From a virus (lineage: Duplodnaviria > Heunggongvirae > Uroviricota > Caudoviricetes), in the IMG/VR virus record IMGVR_UViG_3300044712_000123: a stretch of DNA of 64,000 nucleotides; one strand, written 5' to 3'. Position 1 is the stretch's first letter. Every line of letters begins with the position of its first letter. Positions 1 to 15,000 of this stretch are shown one piece after another. The position numbers and the translations under genes were made by a program. Below the pieces are notes generated by a model. The model searched no databases, was not told where the DNA came from, and saw nothing but the letters and a program-made list of their open reading frames with translations.

Positions 1-3000
1 TAGCATTTAGCGCAGGAGCACTAGTAAACGTAATAGTGTTTGTACCTGCACTAATAGTGTATGTAGAACTAGTTTGACGAATACCGTTGATTTCAACAAT
101 ACTGCTTGTTCTGTTAGTCAATCCAACATAGTTGGTGAACGCAAATACAGTCTGTGATCCAGTACCGGTGAACAAGTTTACCTCAGGTAATGTGTAACCA
201 TACTGTTCAGGAACAGTTTCACCAAACAATGTATATGTCAAGTAATCAGTTGATTGATTATATGGCATGACGTATCCAGGATTATTTGGATCATTAACAC
301 CAGCAAAGATTATCTTTGCTGTAATAGAATCCTCAACTACCCCAAATGCATAGTCATTAACCACTACCATAGCACCGCCTGTTGCGTCATCTAACTGTAC
401 AGTAGCACCACCAAGAGTTTCAGAAATAGTAAACTCATTACCATCATAGATAGACTTTAGGTAGTATTTCTTCATTGGTTCGATGATGTTGCCAAACATA
501 GTATTACTGAATACTAGCTGGCTTCCTACCACTAATCCGTTGGTTGAGTTACAAGTCACAGTATCTCTTACACTGTTAGTGCGAGTTATGTTTAACGCAC
601 TACCAAATGTCAACTGATTTCCATTGTAGAATGTTATTGGAGTTGACCAAGGTTGACCAATACCAACTTGAATAATAACTGTCATTATTCCAGTAGCATC
701 AGACAATTGGAATGTTGGACCTGCAGTGCCGGTGCCGACGTTAAATGTGTCCGAGATAGTAATCTTACCAGTAACCAAGCTAATAGTTTTGACATAGTAA
801 GTAACATCTTCTTGAACTCCACCAAACACTCCACCGTAGAACTTGATAGGGCTGTTCAATATGAATTTACCTATGTTAGTCACTGTAATAGAATCCGGTC
901 CCGCTTCTGTTCGGGTAGCGATAACTTCGATAGGTTCTGAACCAGGACGAACAACACCCGAGCCACTGAAGATTGGCGCAGAGTAATCACAGTTTACATA
1001 AATTTCACTGAACCCTGTAGATGAGTTATCTCTGATAGGATCTGTACTAGTGTTGGCTTTTACTAATTGATCCCCGTTACCAGTTTCATAAACATCAACA
1101 CGAATCTTATTATACCCCAAAGAATACGGAGTAGAATTCATAGTAATTGTCTGTGCTATCCAGTCGATAGTATAATCAGTATTTTTGTATAAGGATACAC
1201 TTAGACCAGTAGTCGCACTAATACCAAATACTGCTAGCTGTGATGGCGTTTCCACTGTGTTAGCCCATGAGAAGATTTTTTGTACAGTATTCTCTACTAC
1301 AAGTTCAGTAGAAACAACGTTGTATCCAACGTGTGCATATTTAGTAGCAGCCCAGTCAGTACCTGGACGTGTCGCAACCGTCATAGTCAATGTATCTGAA
1401 ACAACACCCGGCACCATTTCTTCTGGACCATAACCTGCAGTAAATGCATCACCTTGAACGTTATACACTGTTGGTTCTGTCACGAACAATGTAGATATAG
1501 TCCATGTAGATAGATCAGGGCTAGATAACGTGATATTATTTTCACCTACGACCACGAACTCACCTAGGTCTGCGTTGTATGTGATTGAATTCAAGTTCTC
1601 AGTAGTACCACTAGTATAAGTAGTCCAAACATCACCGTTGACTGATGATTGTATAGTTCCGTTGTCACCAACAACAACGAATTTGCCTTGGGCATAAATT
1701 ACATCGTTTAAGTTAGGATTGCCAGTCCCAGCAGCACTTATATTATTCCAGTTGCTTCCGTTTACACTCACAAATCGTACAGAGTTATCACCGACGATAA
1801 TAATCTTGTCAGTGTTACTAGTAACTGCATTTAGTGCATATGAAGTTAGTACATCAAACTGAGGAACCCAATTTAAACCGTCTGTGCTAGTGACAATCAA
1901 GTTAGTATCAATTGTATTTGATCCTACTACTCGTTGTCCTGCGCCCACTGCAACAAAGCCGTTGTAATTTGGAATTGAAACAGAAGTTACTCCATTCAAT
2001 ACTTGAGGCAGATTGCCGTATGCAATACTCAAATCGTATACTTCAGGCCAGAAGAAGAAGTCTGTACTTGCGACAATATTTTGTCCAACCGCAACAGCAA
2101 CCCCATTATAGTATGCTACACTGTTTAATGAAACTGCATCCGTTTTCAAAGCAGAAAGATCGAATCCAATATCATCAAACGGGATTGCATCATATGGAGT
2201 ATATTCGGCACCAGAACTTATCCAAACCCAACTAGCGCCGTCTTCACTTAGTAGCAACGGTGTAGATGCGTTTGTAGTTGTCATTATATATTTGGTATCA
2301 TCACCGATACCAACAGTAATAATATCAGTAGGGTTGATAGGTTGATTAGCTATTCTATCAATATTCCATAGAGTTGCCGAAGCACTTAATAATACTGCTG
2401 AATATGTTGGTGCATTGGCAGCAGCAACATATGTTGTGCCGTCCCAAATTACTGATTTGATATCAACTTCTGCTGGATAGAAAGGTTGATCTTGTAAAAT
2501 AGTATCGATCGGGAACTGTGCATCCGGAGCAAACGCATTACCTAAATAAGTACTGTTTGGATAAGTGATTCCTTCAACTAATTGTGTCAAGTCTAAACCA
2601 GGCATGTTGATCGTAGGTTGATAGTAACCTACGATTCTATCCAATGCGTTTAATTTGCTACTGCCACTATCTAACAGTTCCCATTTACCAAAAATAAAGT
2701 CAGTGTCGTTGTTGCTAATCAAGCATTGATATACTCGATTATTGTACTTGACTACACTTCTGTTGAAGTAGAACGGTTCTGGTAAGAATGCATAATCACC
2801 TTGTTTAGCAACAGTACAAGTAACATCATTTGCAGTAATGTTAATCGCAGAACCAGTAGGAGAAGTTGCAACTTGAATAGTTGCTTCTGGAGACACCGTA
2901 GTAGTAATGCCAACAATATAGTAAGTCTGACCAAGAGTCAGTCCGCCGGCAACTGTACCAGTGAATACGATTGGATCGTATAACGCAAAGCCTGTGCTAT

Positions 3001-6000
3001 CTGCAATAGTCAATGTATCTGTAGTCAAGTTACTATCAGTAACTAATGTTGAAGTAACGCCTGTATATGTCTGGGCTAATGTGATTCCTGAAACAGGTAT
3101 CGTTAACAAGTTATTTTCATAAACTTCAACTTGGTTGTTAGAAATAACCTTGAGATAGTACTGATTCACTGGGCCTGCTGGAGTACCAGCACGAATAACG
3201 TTAGTGATTACTCCATTACTATCAATAGAGTTGACAGTCATAGTTAAATCGTTAACTCCAGTAACACCACCTAAATACTCACCCAAGATAACAATTGTAT
3301 TATCGACTGCGTATCCTGAACCACCGTCAACAATGATTACAGAGTAACCACCAATCATGTAACTAACATCGAATACTGTAGTTGTATCTGTAGGGGTTTG
3401 TGTCATTGTCACTGGACCCAACTCATAAGATACTGAAACGTCTGCACCACTTGGTGTAGCAGAAACAGTAATGTACGGTGAACCTTCAGCAATCATACTA
3501 CCTGATGTTGTAGTAACAGTTACAGGAGTTAGACTAGATGGGGTGTACGCAACTGTGAATTGCGTAGAACTATTAATAGAGTGTACATAATACTCGTTGT
3601 CTAATTCCAAAGTACCTAACGAGATACCAGAAAATACGATTGGCATGCCAACGTATATTCCACTAGTATCTGCGCATACTAAATAATTTCCAACACTAGT
3701 AGTTCCTGTAATCTCAAGTTGAATACCAGGAACAGATTCAGTAGAACTAATAACACGTCCGGTATATTCAGTTACATAATATGTTGTAGCTGCACTCAAA
3801 CCACCAATAGCAGTATCAAACACTACCGGCATATTTAAATAGAAACCAGAAGTACCGCCGCTTTCACTATCTATAGCAATTACATTTGTTGTTGCATCAA
3901 TAGTGCGTGTTAGATAGTTACCACTAGTACCAGTAACTCCAACATACTCGCCGGATGTACCGTAGAATGTCATTTGTTGACCATTGACTTGTCCAGGTGA
4001 TACTGGTAAACTGACGTTCAATGTCATCTCACCTGTAGCAGTTGTCAAGTTAACAGTGTCTCGTTGACTTGTTGCTAACATTTCATTTGAAGAAGCAAAA
4101 GTACAAGTACCTGGATTAAAAACACCACCGTTTAGATATGCTGATATCTTGATTGTGTTACCAGACAAGATGCTTTGAACATAATATCTAGTTCCGGCAA
4201 CAATGTTGGTAGAACCGGTTGCAGGATTAATATTACTAAAAATCACAGGATCGTTTACTGCCAATGATACAGTTGTATTGCAAGTAACAATACCAGAACT
4301 ATCAGTTTCGCTCACTGTAAACTTAGTTGGTTGTTCAATCTTGGATATAGTGAAGTTTTGTAAATCAATTACGGATGTTACATAGTAATGCTCATTCTCG
4401 ACAATTCCACCAAAGACATTGCCTGTAAAATACACAGACAAGCCTGTATAGAATCCACGAGTACCACCTGTACCACTAGTGTTTAACGGAATAGTTACCG
4501 CATTATTTCCTTGGGTTGTTGCGGTTGCCGTAGTAATTCCTGGGTAATCAATTGTCACTACAGCAACGTTATTCAACTCACCGGTGTAGCAAATTAATCC
4601 AGCGGCACCGATAGTCGATGTTGTTAGTGTTTGAACTGCTCCAGGAACACCATTTGAAATGGTAGCTGAGACCGTAAATGAAGTCTTGCTATTAACTGTC
4701 TTAACGTAGTAAGTTTGACCGCCAACTAGGCCGCCGCTTACTGCCCCAATGAACTTTACCGGCATACCAACATAGAAACCTAATGTAGTGTCTAGTAGAT
4801 TAATATCTGCAACTGACAATGACTGCCAGTTAGTAGGATATACTTTAATTTCATTAGTACCAGTCACGTTAGTATTAATAACTGAACGTTCTTGAGAAGA
4901 CCAAGATAAAGTTTCGCTATTGCTGATATTTTGAATTTCGAATACTGCTCCCATTGCACTTGCTAAGATATTGTCAACCGGAGGAGCTGAACTTTCTAAC
5001 GATATGCTTGAGCTAGAAATTCGACTGCTATTATCATAGTTACCTGCGTAGAAAGAGCTATAGTACTCACCGCTTAGCCAATCACTAACCTGACTTTGGT
5101 AGCTAGTTCTATCAAATTTCATTTTGATTTGATTTTCTCTGATAGGTGCTGCGCTTGAGATGCATGACGCAAACGCACCTAAGTTCAACGTTTGGTTTGC
5201 ACCTGTTCCTGTTGTGAACAGTGTAATTCTTTGGCGATCCAACAGAGCGTTTGCGTAATTAGAATACAATGCGATAATAACAGCAGGGTTAGTTTCAAGG
5301 ACATTAATATAGTATCGTTGTCCGTTTTCCAATCCACCTACTGCAGTGGTATCTGCACCAACCGCGTATGTTACTAAATCACCAGTCTGTAGCGTAGGAG
5401 CAAACAATTCAATTGTATTTGATGTTGTGCTTACTTTACTGCTATCGAATGTAACCGTAGTAGCTGGATCAATAATAATCTTTGGTAATACTGCATATCC
5501 TTGACCAGGATCCTCTACTGTAACACTCAACACACTGTCTAAATTCATTACAGCCTTAAGCACAGCAGGGCGAGTTGGTTCAGGGTAAATTGAAGTATCA
5601 ATATAAGCAGTAACCTTAGGAGGTTCTGTGTATGCTCGGCCACCGTTTAGCAATAACACTGCAGGTAGATTGATGGTAATTTCTTCTCCAGGAAGATGTT
5701 GTACAATAGCTGTACCGTTAAGACCACGAGTTAATCCACTAAGAACGTTTAACGATCTATCAACATTAGCATAGCCAATTTGTTCTTCACCGATTGTAAT
5801 TATGCCGTTAATAGGGAAACCATATGCGTTGTCTACTGCCATTGCAGTTGAGTTCAACGCTACATATGATGCTAAAGTTGTTATGCTATAGTTATCAACA
5901 CCAGTGATACTGACACCATAGTTTTGATACCATTGATTGTACTCGCTTGTCTGCCAGATTGGATCTGACGGCAAGTATTGATTATCTGCGCTAGGGTTTG

Positions 6001-9000
6001 TATACACTAACTCAGGTGTGATGAATTTTTCATAAGTAGAGTTGTACTTTGCAGGCAAGTCAAAATCAGTAATGTCACCCTCATATACATCGGTTCCGGT
6101 GTATTTGTACAAGAACTCTTTAATAACCACATGATATGGCTTGACTTCGTTTAAATAACCTGACAAGAAATCTTGATTGTCTGATTGGAATACTTCGATT
6201 GGTTTTAACTCACGAATAGTGTGGGCAACATCAACGAATGATGTCTTGTTCAACCAAGGTAGATAGTTCTGTGATTCAATAGTTTCTGACTGAATGTATT
6301 CAAACAATAGAATCAACGCTTTATTTCTAAACAAGTCTAAGTTGTTAGGTAATTCTTCGTTGATTGCTCTAACGATATAACGAGTTTCTTCACTTGGGTA
6401 AGTGTCGTATGGGGTGGTATCGAAGAAATTATCGCCGAAACCAAAACGTGCTGTTTGATAATCCCACAATGAACTCTTAAACTGAATAGTACCATTAGTT
6501 AAACCAATTCTATTCCATTCACCTGTTGACAACAAGATATAAGTCTCTGCGAAGCCATCACCGTTTGCTAAAACTGTTGCAATAGTTCCTGTAGGAACAT
6601 TTAGTGCAGCTAAGTCTGCATAGATAGAAACCTGCACTGCTGACTTGGTATTGTCATTGTATCCAGGCGCCCACCAGTTAACTACATCCCAATATGCGTT
6701 TACATCAAAGAACGGTAGAGGTGAACCTAACCAATTTGGGTTGTTAACTGTAGATGGATTAATTTCACCTACCTTGTAAACAAAGGTTGAATTGTATGAC
6801 TCAATGAATGGATATTGAAGAATAACTTCATTTGCATATTGCAAATAGTTTTTCAACGCAGTTAAACGATTCACGAAGAAGCTCTGTCGTGGTCTTGTCA
6901 ACACTCCATACTGTACTGGTTTAGGTAAGTATGGATCAGGAATAACTGAGCCTGCAATGTTTGTGCCAGATAAACTATCTAGTAACTTGGCGTACAATGA
7001 TTCAGGCTCAGTGTTTGCTGAGTTTGAAGCAGGCAAGCCTGGCAAGAAATCATCTGCATAATTTGCACGAATCAAACTGTACAAACTATGAGGTACATCT
7101 TGTGAAGATCCGTTACCATATCCAATGTGAAGAACAGTGTCAGTGTAATTGACATATTCACCTGAATTGTACAATCCAAAAACGTTTGGTAGTAATGGAG
7201 CAAAATAACTAATACCAGATGAGATCGGATTAGAAATATACTGTTCGATGATACTATCCGCTAAAGTTTTTCCTGTCTTAGTGAAGATAATGTTAGTATT
7301 ACGTACCCAGAAGAAGTACACCGGAGACAAGCCACCAGTTGAGTTAGTTATATATTCAGTTGTGTATGAAGTAATGTCATATGGAGTTCCTGGACCTTGG
7401 TATGCTGATGGAACTACATTACTACTAATCCAACTGTAAACTGCTACGTCACTACCAGGGAACAATGTACCCCAGTACTTACTGTTATAGACTACATCAT
7501 TTTGATGGTAGTTAATGAAACGTGATCTGCTAGTATCAAACCATATTTCACCAACTTTTTCTGCTCCCCAGATAGAATCTGATGGTAGAGTTCCTGTAGT
7601 ATTATATGATGCAGGATCAATGTTAGAGACAACATCAATGTTTTCTCTGACGACACCTAGCAACTTACCCTGTAGAGGGTCCATGTAGTCTAGATTAACT
7701 AGTGTTGAATTAGTTGATGCACTGTACAACTGTACGTTTTGAATTTTAGACGTATCAACTACTGCCGATGAGCTTCGATACACTGACCAATCCTGTACGC
7801 CAGATGGATTTGAGTAAAATATTACTTGTCCTTTAGTAGTACCAGAAACAAAGTTAGGAGTACCAATCATTACGAATGAGTTGTTGAAGTCGATGGCGTG
7901 CCCGTACATTGGTTGAGCACCGTTAACATCAGTGTTAGCATTTGTACTCTGTGCATAAACAAACTTACCTGGGTTTAGTAAACTCTCATTGTAGTTGGCT
8001 AGGTAATCAAACATGTAGACTGCACCAACGTTTGCAATAGTATCAACCCATTGGGTTGCATTGTTGTCAAATACAGTATCATTGTCAGATTCATCATCCG
8101 AGAAATCAAACGTAGTACCAGAATAGCGTGTTCCGCTAGGAGCTGAAGCAACGAAAGATTCAGATTCGTTGAAACGAACGTTGTATCCAAATTGAGTTGC
8201 ACCGTCTGCATGTGGGCATTCTACTGTCTGTGTCAATGTTAGGATGTTGATTCCCAATTCTGCTGGGGTAGCAGAATCTAAAACAGTGATACTTAGTTTG
8301 TCATTTGGTGTAGCTAAGTTAATGTCGATTAGTTGAATAATCAACTTACCTGCAATGGCTGCTGCTTGTACGTTTGTGATACGTGCTGAATTGATTGCAG
8401 CAGCCGCAACACTTGCATTCCCTGTAGGAATACTAACAGCGTATCCGTTTAATAGAATCGTGCGAGTAGTAGTTACGTTACAGTCAGAAGTACCAATAAT
8501 TACACCGTACTTGTTACCGCCATTTGTAAATCGATATACGGCACCTTCATGGTTGCTGCTAGATAATTCAAACGGCGCGCCAATAATGACTTCACTTGTG
8601 TATGTAGTAGAATCCATGCTCGTACCAAACTGCACACCGATTCTAGGGGCTGATGGTGAAGTCAACACTTGTGACTTAACAAAGTTGTTACCACTAACGT
8701 TAATAATGTCACCTGCGTTTAATCCAGAATAAACAGTTAAAGTACTACCAATCGCTGCATAAGCAGAATCATCTAGCAATGTGCCATTGACGCTAACATA
8801 TAGTGGACTTGTCTGTGCATTTACAGTCATTGTACCTGAGCTATTTGTTAGGTTTAAAGTTGATCCATTGCGTGTCAATGACAACGTAATAGTTGAACCA
8901 ACAACAGTCTTGACATAATATACTCTGTTTAATGATACGCCACCAAATACTGTACCAGTGAAAGTAATTGCAGTTCCGTTGGCGCCGCCAACTAAATTAG

Positions 9001-12000
9001 TAACATTATTCAATGTTATTGCATTACTTGTAATGCTTGATGCAGTCTTAGATGCAGTGTTCGATGGCGTCCATGACAACCCAAATGATTGCGGTGTGTA
9101 GATTTGACTAGTATATTGTGCTTCAAAGTTTTGCACTGTTCTTTCGAACATATATGCATAACCCCAGTTAGAGATAGTGCTATAATCTTGTTGTGGTGCG
9201 CCAACAACTACAGTATCACCGAAGTAATCTGTAGTAATAGATGCACCGAAGTTGTCACCCGAAGTTAAGCCAGATACAGTGAGGCTAGTTGAAAGCTCAT
9301 ATAAACCTGTAATAGATGACTTGCGGTATACATAAACTTTATTCAAATCAGCCGCAGATATATACAACCAATTCTTGTCACCGGAAATAGATAAGGCAGT
9401 TCCCCATTTAGTAGAACTATCTTCTGCTGGTATTTCTTGAATTAGATTCAATCTGTCAACTAAAGTAGTTTGCTCTAGTTCGTAAACATACACCTTAGGT
9501 GTTCCGCTTGTTGGTTCACTAATAATGAATGAATTATCGCTATATGCGATAGTTGTACCGAACGAAGCACCTTTAGTTAGGGTTTGATACAACTCATATT
9601 CTTTCATCAATGGATTATATGAATAGCGATATACTGCACCTGCCCCGGCATCACCGATTAATCCACCAACTTTATTAGTGTATGCAACTGAACTACCAAA
9701 TGAAACTGAACCATCTTTAGTAGTATTGTAATCGAAACCGTAATTTAAACTCTTGCGATAAACAGCCCATGAACCATCGTTGTTGGTATCGACCCAGACT
9801 TTGTTCTTAATGAATTCGCTGTCTAACAGTGGTAAGGTGCTGATATCCGAAGGAGTATTGACACGTTGAGATTGGAATTTAAATCCAACACCATAGCCGG
9901 TTATTGTTGAAACTTGAGGGTTCAAGTTCAATGTGATAATCACTTTATATGGATCTACTACACTTGATACAATATAGTAATTGTCAACACGTGCATCAAA
10001 ATTCACAATAGCGAATGCTTGATATTGAGATAGATTGTGAGCAGAAGCAAAAGTTACTGTTACTGTGCCGTTTAGATTATTTTTTGCATATACAACTTGT
10101 CCCAATGATGTTGGAGTGAATGTTTGCCATGTGCCTAAATAATCAGCTAGCCATACGTAATCTCTCACATATAACTCTGATAGTGGTACAACGTTGTTGC
10201 TGTTGTCTTTAGCTGTAGGTAAGTTTGCATAATAATATGCAGACATCTTTACGTCATTTAGATTGACATAGCCTGCATCTGGAAACAATACGTTAGGTGT
10301 TGCAGGTGGAAGAGTGGCCAGCACCTCAGGGTTCTTGATCTGTCTACCATAATTGTAAACTGAGTACAAAGGAACTTCTTGCTGAACTCCGGGGATATCA
10401 TAGTTACCATTGGTCAACCCAACAGTCGAAGGATTACCTGTCAACTGTGTCTCGTTCAATTTGATATCAACAAAATTGTTATTTAGGATGCCACCAAACT
10501 CACCTGACAAGATAGCCCAATTTTCATAGATATCATAGTCGATACCACCTTGAACCAAGTTTGCTCCCTTGAACGCCTTAGCAGCAGTCAAAGTTCCTTT
10601 TTCTCTAATCATGTTCTTATAGACGTTGACCTGTGTAATGTCTGTCAGGTCTGCAAGAGCCATGTAATCACGAGGTCGATATCCAATTAAACTAAAACTC
10701 AATTGGTCAGCATCGTTCTCTAGGTTTGCTTTGTTTACATCATAGTATATGGTAGATTCATAAGAACGTGTTGAGCTATTAGGCAACAATCCTTTTTGAA
10801 TTTCATTGTAATTAGTTTCTTTCCACTCACGCTCATCAAACAATTGTTTTGCTTGGATAATCGTAGTAGCAGTCCAATATTTGTTTTTATATTTGACAAT
10901 CGCACCTTGAGTGTATTTTGTTTCAGTAGACCACTCAACAATGTTATCTTGGTTCAAGATGAAGCCTTGAGCATCAACTGTACCGTTCCACTCAGCCGAT
11001 TTGGCACCTCTTACTGTAATACGAATCTGGCGAAGACCAGTGACTAGATTATAGATAGTGTCGTTGAATAATGTTACGTTATCAAAAACAATACCATGTT
11101 CAAAATTACTGACGTTGAATTGTCCGTAAGCAACAGTATCACCTTCACTTAATGGAACAACAGTGAATGCAGTGCCTTCACGAACGACTGAAAGATTCTC
11201 TGATGGAATAGGATACAAGTTTTGATTCAAGACAAAATTTTGCTGTCTCATTGTCAATGGTTGCACAATGTAGCTGTCTTTGTTGATTGACAACTCGGTC
11301 GCTGCAGGGTTGATGTTCGCAATCGATCCAACTTCCCATCCAATCTGAACCCAGTATAGAAATTCAGCGATCATTTGACTCCATGTTACTGGAATACCAT
11401 TTTCTACCTGTGCAAAAACACAACCTTGTTGTTCTAGATATTTACCGTACCCATCTAAGAATTGCGACACATCAGTGATAGAGAAAAACTCTGTTCCATA
11501 TGGAACTAACGCAATTTTATCAGTGTAGTCTTTTGGAATACTAACTGTTTCTTTGTCAATCGTAATAACATCAGTATTACCATTTACTTTTGGAATCAAT
11601 GTTTTGAAATATGCTTCAGTTTGACTGTTTCCATATACAGCATAACCATTCTTAGTGACCTGAATAATTACTCCGCTGTAAATGATTCTGTCGAACGGTT
11701 GGTTGTCATATAACAAAACACCGTAGCTTTCATCAGGAATCAACAAAGAGCTATTGTTACTGTTTGCTGATGATTTTTCAACATAGAACTTTAGAAGGTT
11801 CTTATCACTGAAGCCAGCGACACGGTAGACCAAACGAACATCAATGTTTGTTAGCAAATCTGCGATATTAGTTGTTGCGTCAACGCCAACTTGTTTTTCA
11901 TAATCAACAATCCAGTTGATATAGCTGGTCTTTGCAGTACCACTACCGTATATTTGAACATCACTTAAAACTAAGTGGCTACGATTGTTAACCAAGTATT

Positions 12001-15000
12001 GGTTAAATTCAGTATTATACTTGTAGTTGTCAACGTCAATTGCCAAGTTGAAAAACTCAGCTGGCTTAGTCAAAGCAAGTATACGCATCAAGTCGAACGG
12101 ATATGAACTGCTTCTACGATATGAGAATTCAGTTGGACCAACATCTCCCACTTTCCAGTCAGACTGGAACAAGTAGTCGTTGTAATTACCAACAATTGAT
12201 GATAGAGGAGGTACTAAGTTACCTTCAGTGTCAACTGGAAGAATGTCTAACAGTTGAGGACGGATTGCTTGTTCGATTACAATTGGATCACCGTTGTTCC
12301 AATTGATACCTTGCGCCAAATCTTCCCATAGAACCAAGTTATCACTTGTGTATGGTGCTGCACCGTAACGGGCAGTCCACCAAGACGGTTGATTTTTGAA
12401 GCCTAACATTTCCCATGGTGATGTGTTGGGAGTACTTGTATCATAGAAATACAAGTACATTCCTCTCCAGTAACCTTGGTCTATAGGTGCCTTGTCAATT
12501 TTATTTCCACTATTTCGATAGTTGAATGTGTACTCGTTAGTTCTTTGGTAGTACTGTGTTTTGTAGTCAACACGATTTTGACCTACCCAATTCAAGAATG
12601 AACTAGAATAAATTTCTAATATTTCATTGTAGGTATAATCAGTATCACGGAAGAAGCCTGGTAGAACCTCATACTCTTGTACGGGAATTACGTTGCTTAA
12701 CTTCAAGTTGTTGTATACACGTGTTTCGTACTCCAACAAGACCTGATCTCTAAAATCAACCAATGAATTAGTTGTAGTATTGTACTGTCCAAACAACTTA
12801 TTATATGATCCATCGTGTCCTACTATAAAATATGTAGGTTGTTGATAGTTGATATCTTGAATAACCTGTGGGATAGATGCAGGATACAATCCTAACTTAG
12901 TCGGTGTGTTAGGTACATACGAACCGTATGTTTGATTATATTCTTTAATCGTAATCAAGTCGCCGGGTAACAAGTCAGTAGAGACTGTCAATGAAGGACT
13001 GTCAGTACTAACTACATAATCAGTATTTCTGATTAACTGAGTAACTTTGTTGTTGCGTGTAAGATAAACTAGCACACCGTAATAATTAGCGGTAGTATAG
13101 TCATAAATTCTACTCAACGGATAGATAGATACATCCAATGAGTTGGCAAAACTATATGAATTTGAAATGTATGCAGATTTAGATGGCAACATATCAGACC
13201 AGAAGAATGGCTGGTCATCTGAATGTGCTGCTGTGATTTGATCCATAGCATCATCTAGCATCTCTGCAGGAGACATATACACTGAGTAGTCGGTACTGTT
13301 TACTGTATCTACTAACAATGTTTTGAAATTGATGTATTGTTTACTGTTATACATCAAAGAGTTGAACAGATTGTGATCCTGCTTGCGCAAGAATGCACCT
13401 GGTGCAACTAAAGAAGCACTGTTTTGAATAATTCTATTTCCGTAAGGAACTAAATTACCTAAATCTCTGAAGTTGTTTGATCCAAACACTGTTCCTACAG
13501 TGTCTGGGTTATTAAAGAACATGCTTTGATATTGTCCACGAATATCACCTACGTTAACTGTAGTTACTTCCTGATTCAATGGGTTATTGTTCAAGTTGAT
13601 AGGAATCTGGTAGTATGCATTTGAACTAGTTTGATCGCTCAACAATAGAATTTGAATAACAGTATCAACTGCTGGTGCGGTATTCAAAGTAACAGTAGTC
13701 GAAGTACTTTCAGCAACATATGTAAACTCAGAAGATGTTTGATAATCATTATTGACAAAAACTTGAATTCTTGGCCACTTAGTATACTCAGCAGAGACTA
13801 AAGGAATATCACAAGTAAACGTAGCGTCGGTGGTCCCAACGTTGTAATTGAATTCAAAAATTTGATATTGTACACTAGGTGATACTGCTGTTTGCCAACC
13901 TAGTTGACGAACAAAACTGTCTCGTGCAGTATAGTTATAAACATAACCAATGTTAACATTCTCTGTTATTGGAGTTGTTCCTGATACGTAGTTGAAAAGG
14001 TCTGAGTTTAAGGTGACATCGAAGCTAATGTCTCCTACGTTGTCAACGCTTGAATATCTGATGGGGAATCCTAAAATTGGATCGTCAATTCCTGTTCCAA
14101 TACCATATCCAAACAATGTTGAGCCTACAAAAGAAGTACCAACATAATAGGCCTTGTCACCTAAACTAATACCATTAGAATCAAAGATATCAAACAAAGG
14201 TGGCTGATTGACTGTAGTTTTTTGTTGAGTCAATTGCCAATTTGTATCATTGAATCGGAAGTCTTTACCTTGATTGTTGTATCCTCTAAAGGCAACTGTT
14301 TGGTCGTCATTTAAGATAAAACCATCTGCGGCTTCAGTCAATGTTATGATAGGAGTTCCGCCGTCGATTGATGAGAAACCACTTACATAAATTTTGTTTC
14401 TAACGTTAGCGTCTTGGTCGGCAGCAAAGATGATTCTAGCACCATTAAACAGCGCATAGTTATCAGTAGTTGTATCAGTTGTGATAATAGATGAGGTTGT
14501 TGTGCCTGAAACATTTTTTGTGCCACTCCAAGATACAGTGATAGTTAATACATCAGTTCCAGTGATAGAAGTGATTGTAGTATTGGTTGGTAACACATTT
14601 GTAGAGTCAGCTACATATTGTCCTACTGCAATAGGTCCGATAACATCACTTGCATTGACAGTAATTGTAGTACTGGTAGCTCCGGTAACGGCTGCAATGA
14701 TACTGTTATAGCCTGTGTACGATGTAACATCGGGATAATAGTTTTCTTGGCCAGCAACTTGAGTGAAGGCGTCCGTAGTTCTAAAATCAACAAAGTCTAC
14801 TGGAGCTTTGCCGATAACACCCGAATCGAATAATCGTAGGTTAGGATAGAACTCAATAATTGGACGCTTAGCCTTATTCTCAGCAGTGGCATACTTAGTT
14901 ACTATTGAAGGGTTTCCGTTGTACTGGGCAGTTGCATTAATAACATCAATGTGGAACCAACGGTTACTACGTGACCATGCATTCATGTCCATTGAATTTC

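Noticed and set aside
653-14833. Short ORFs listed in the track across the first 15 kb
   Set aside because: They are antisense or off-frame shadows of the giant minus-strand ORF
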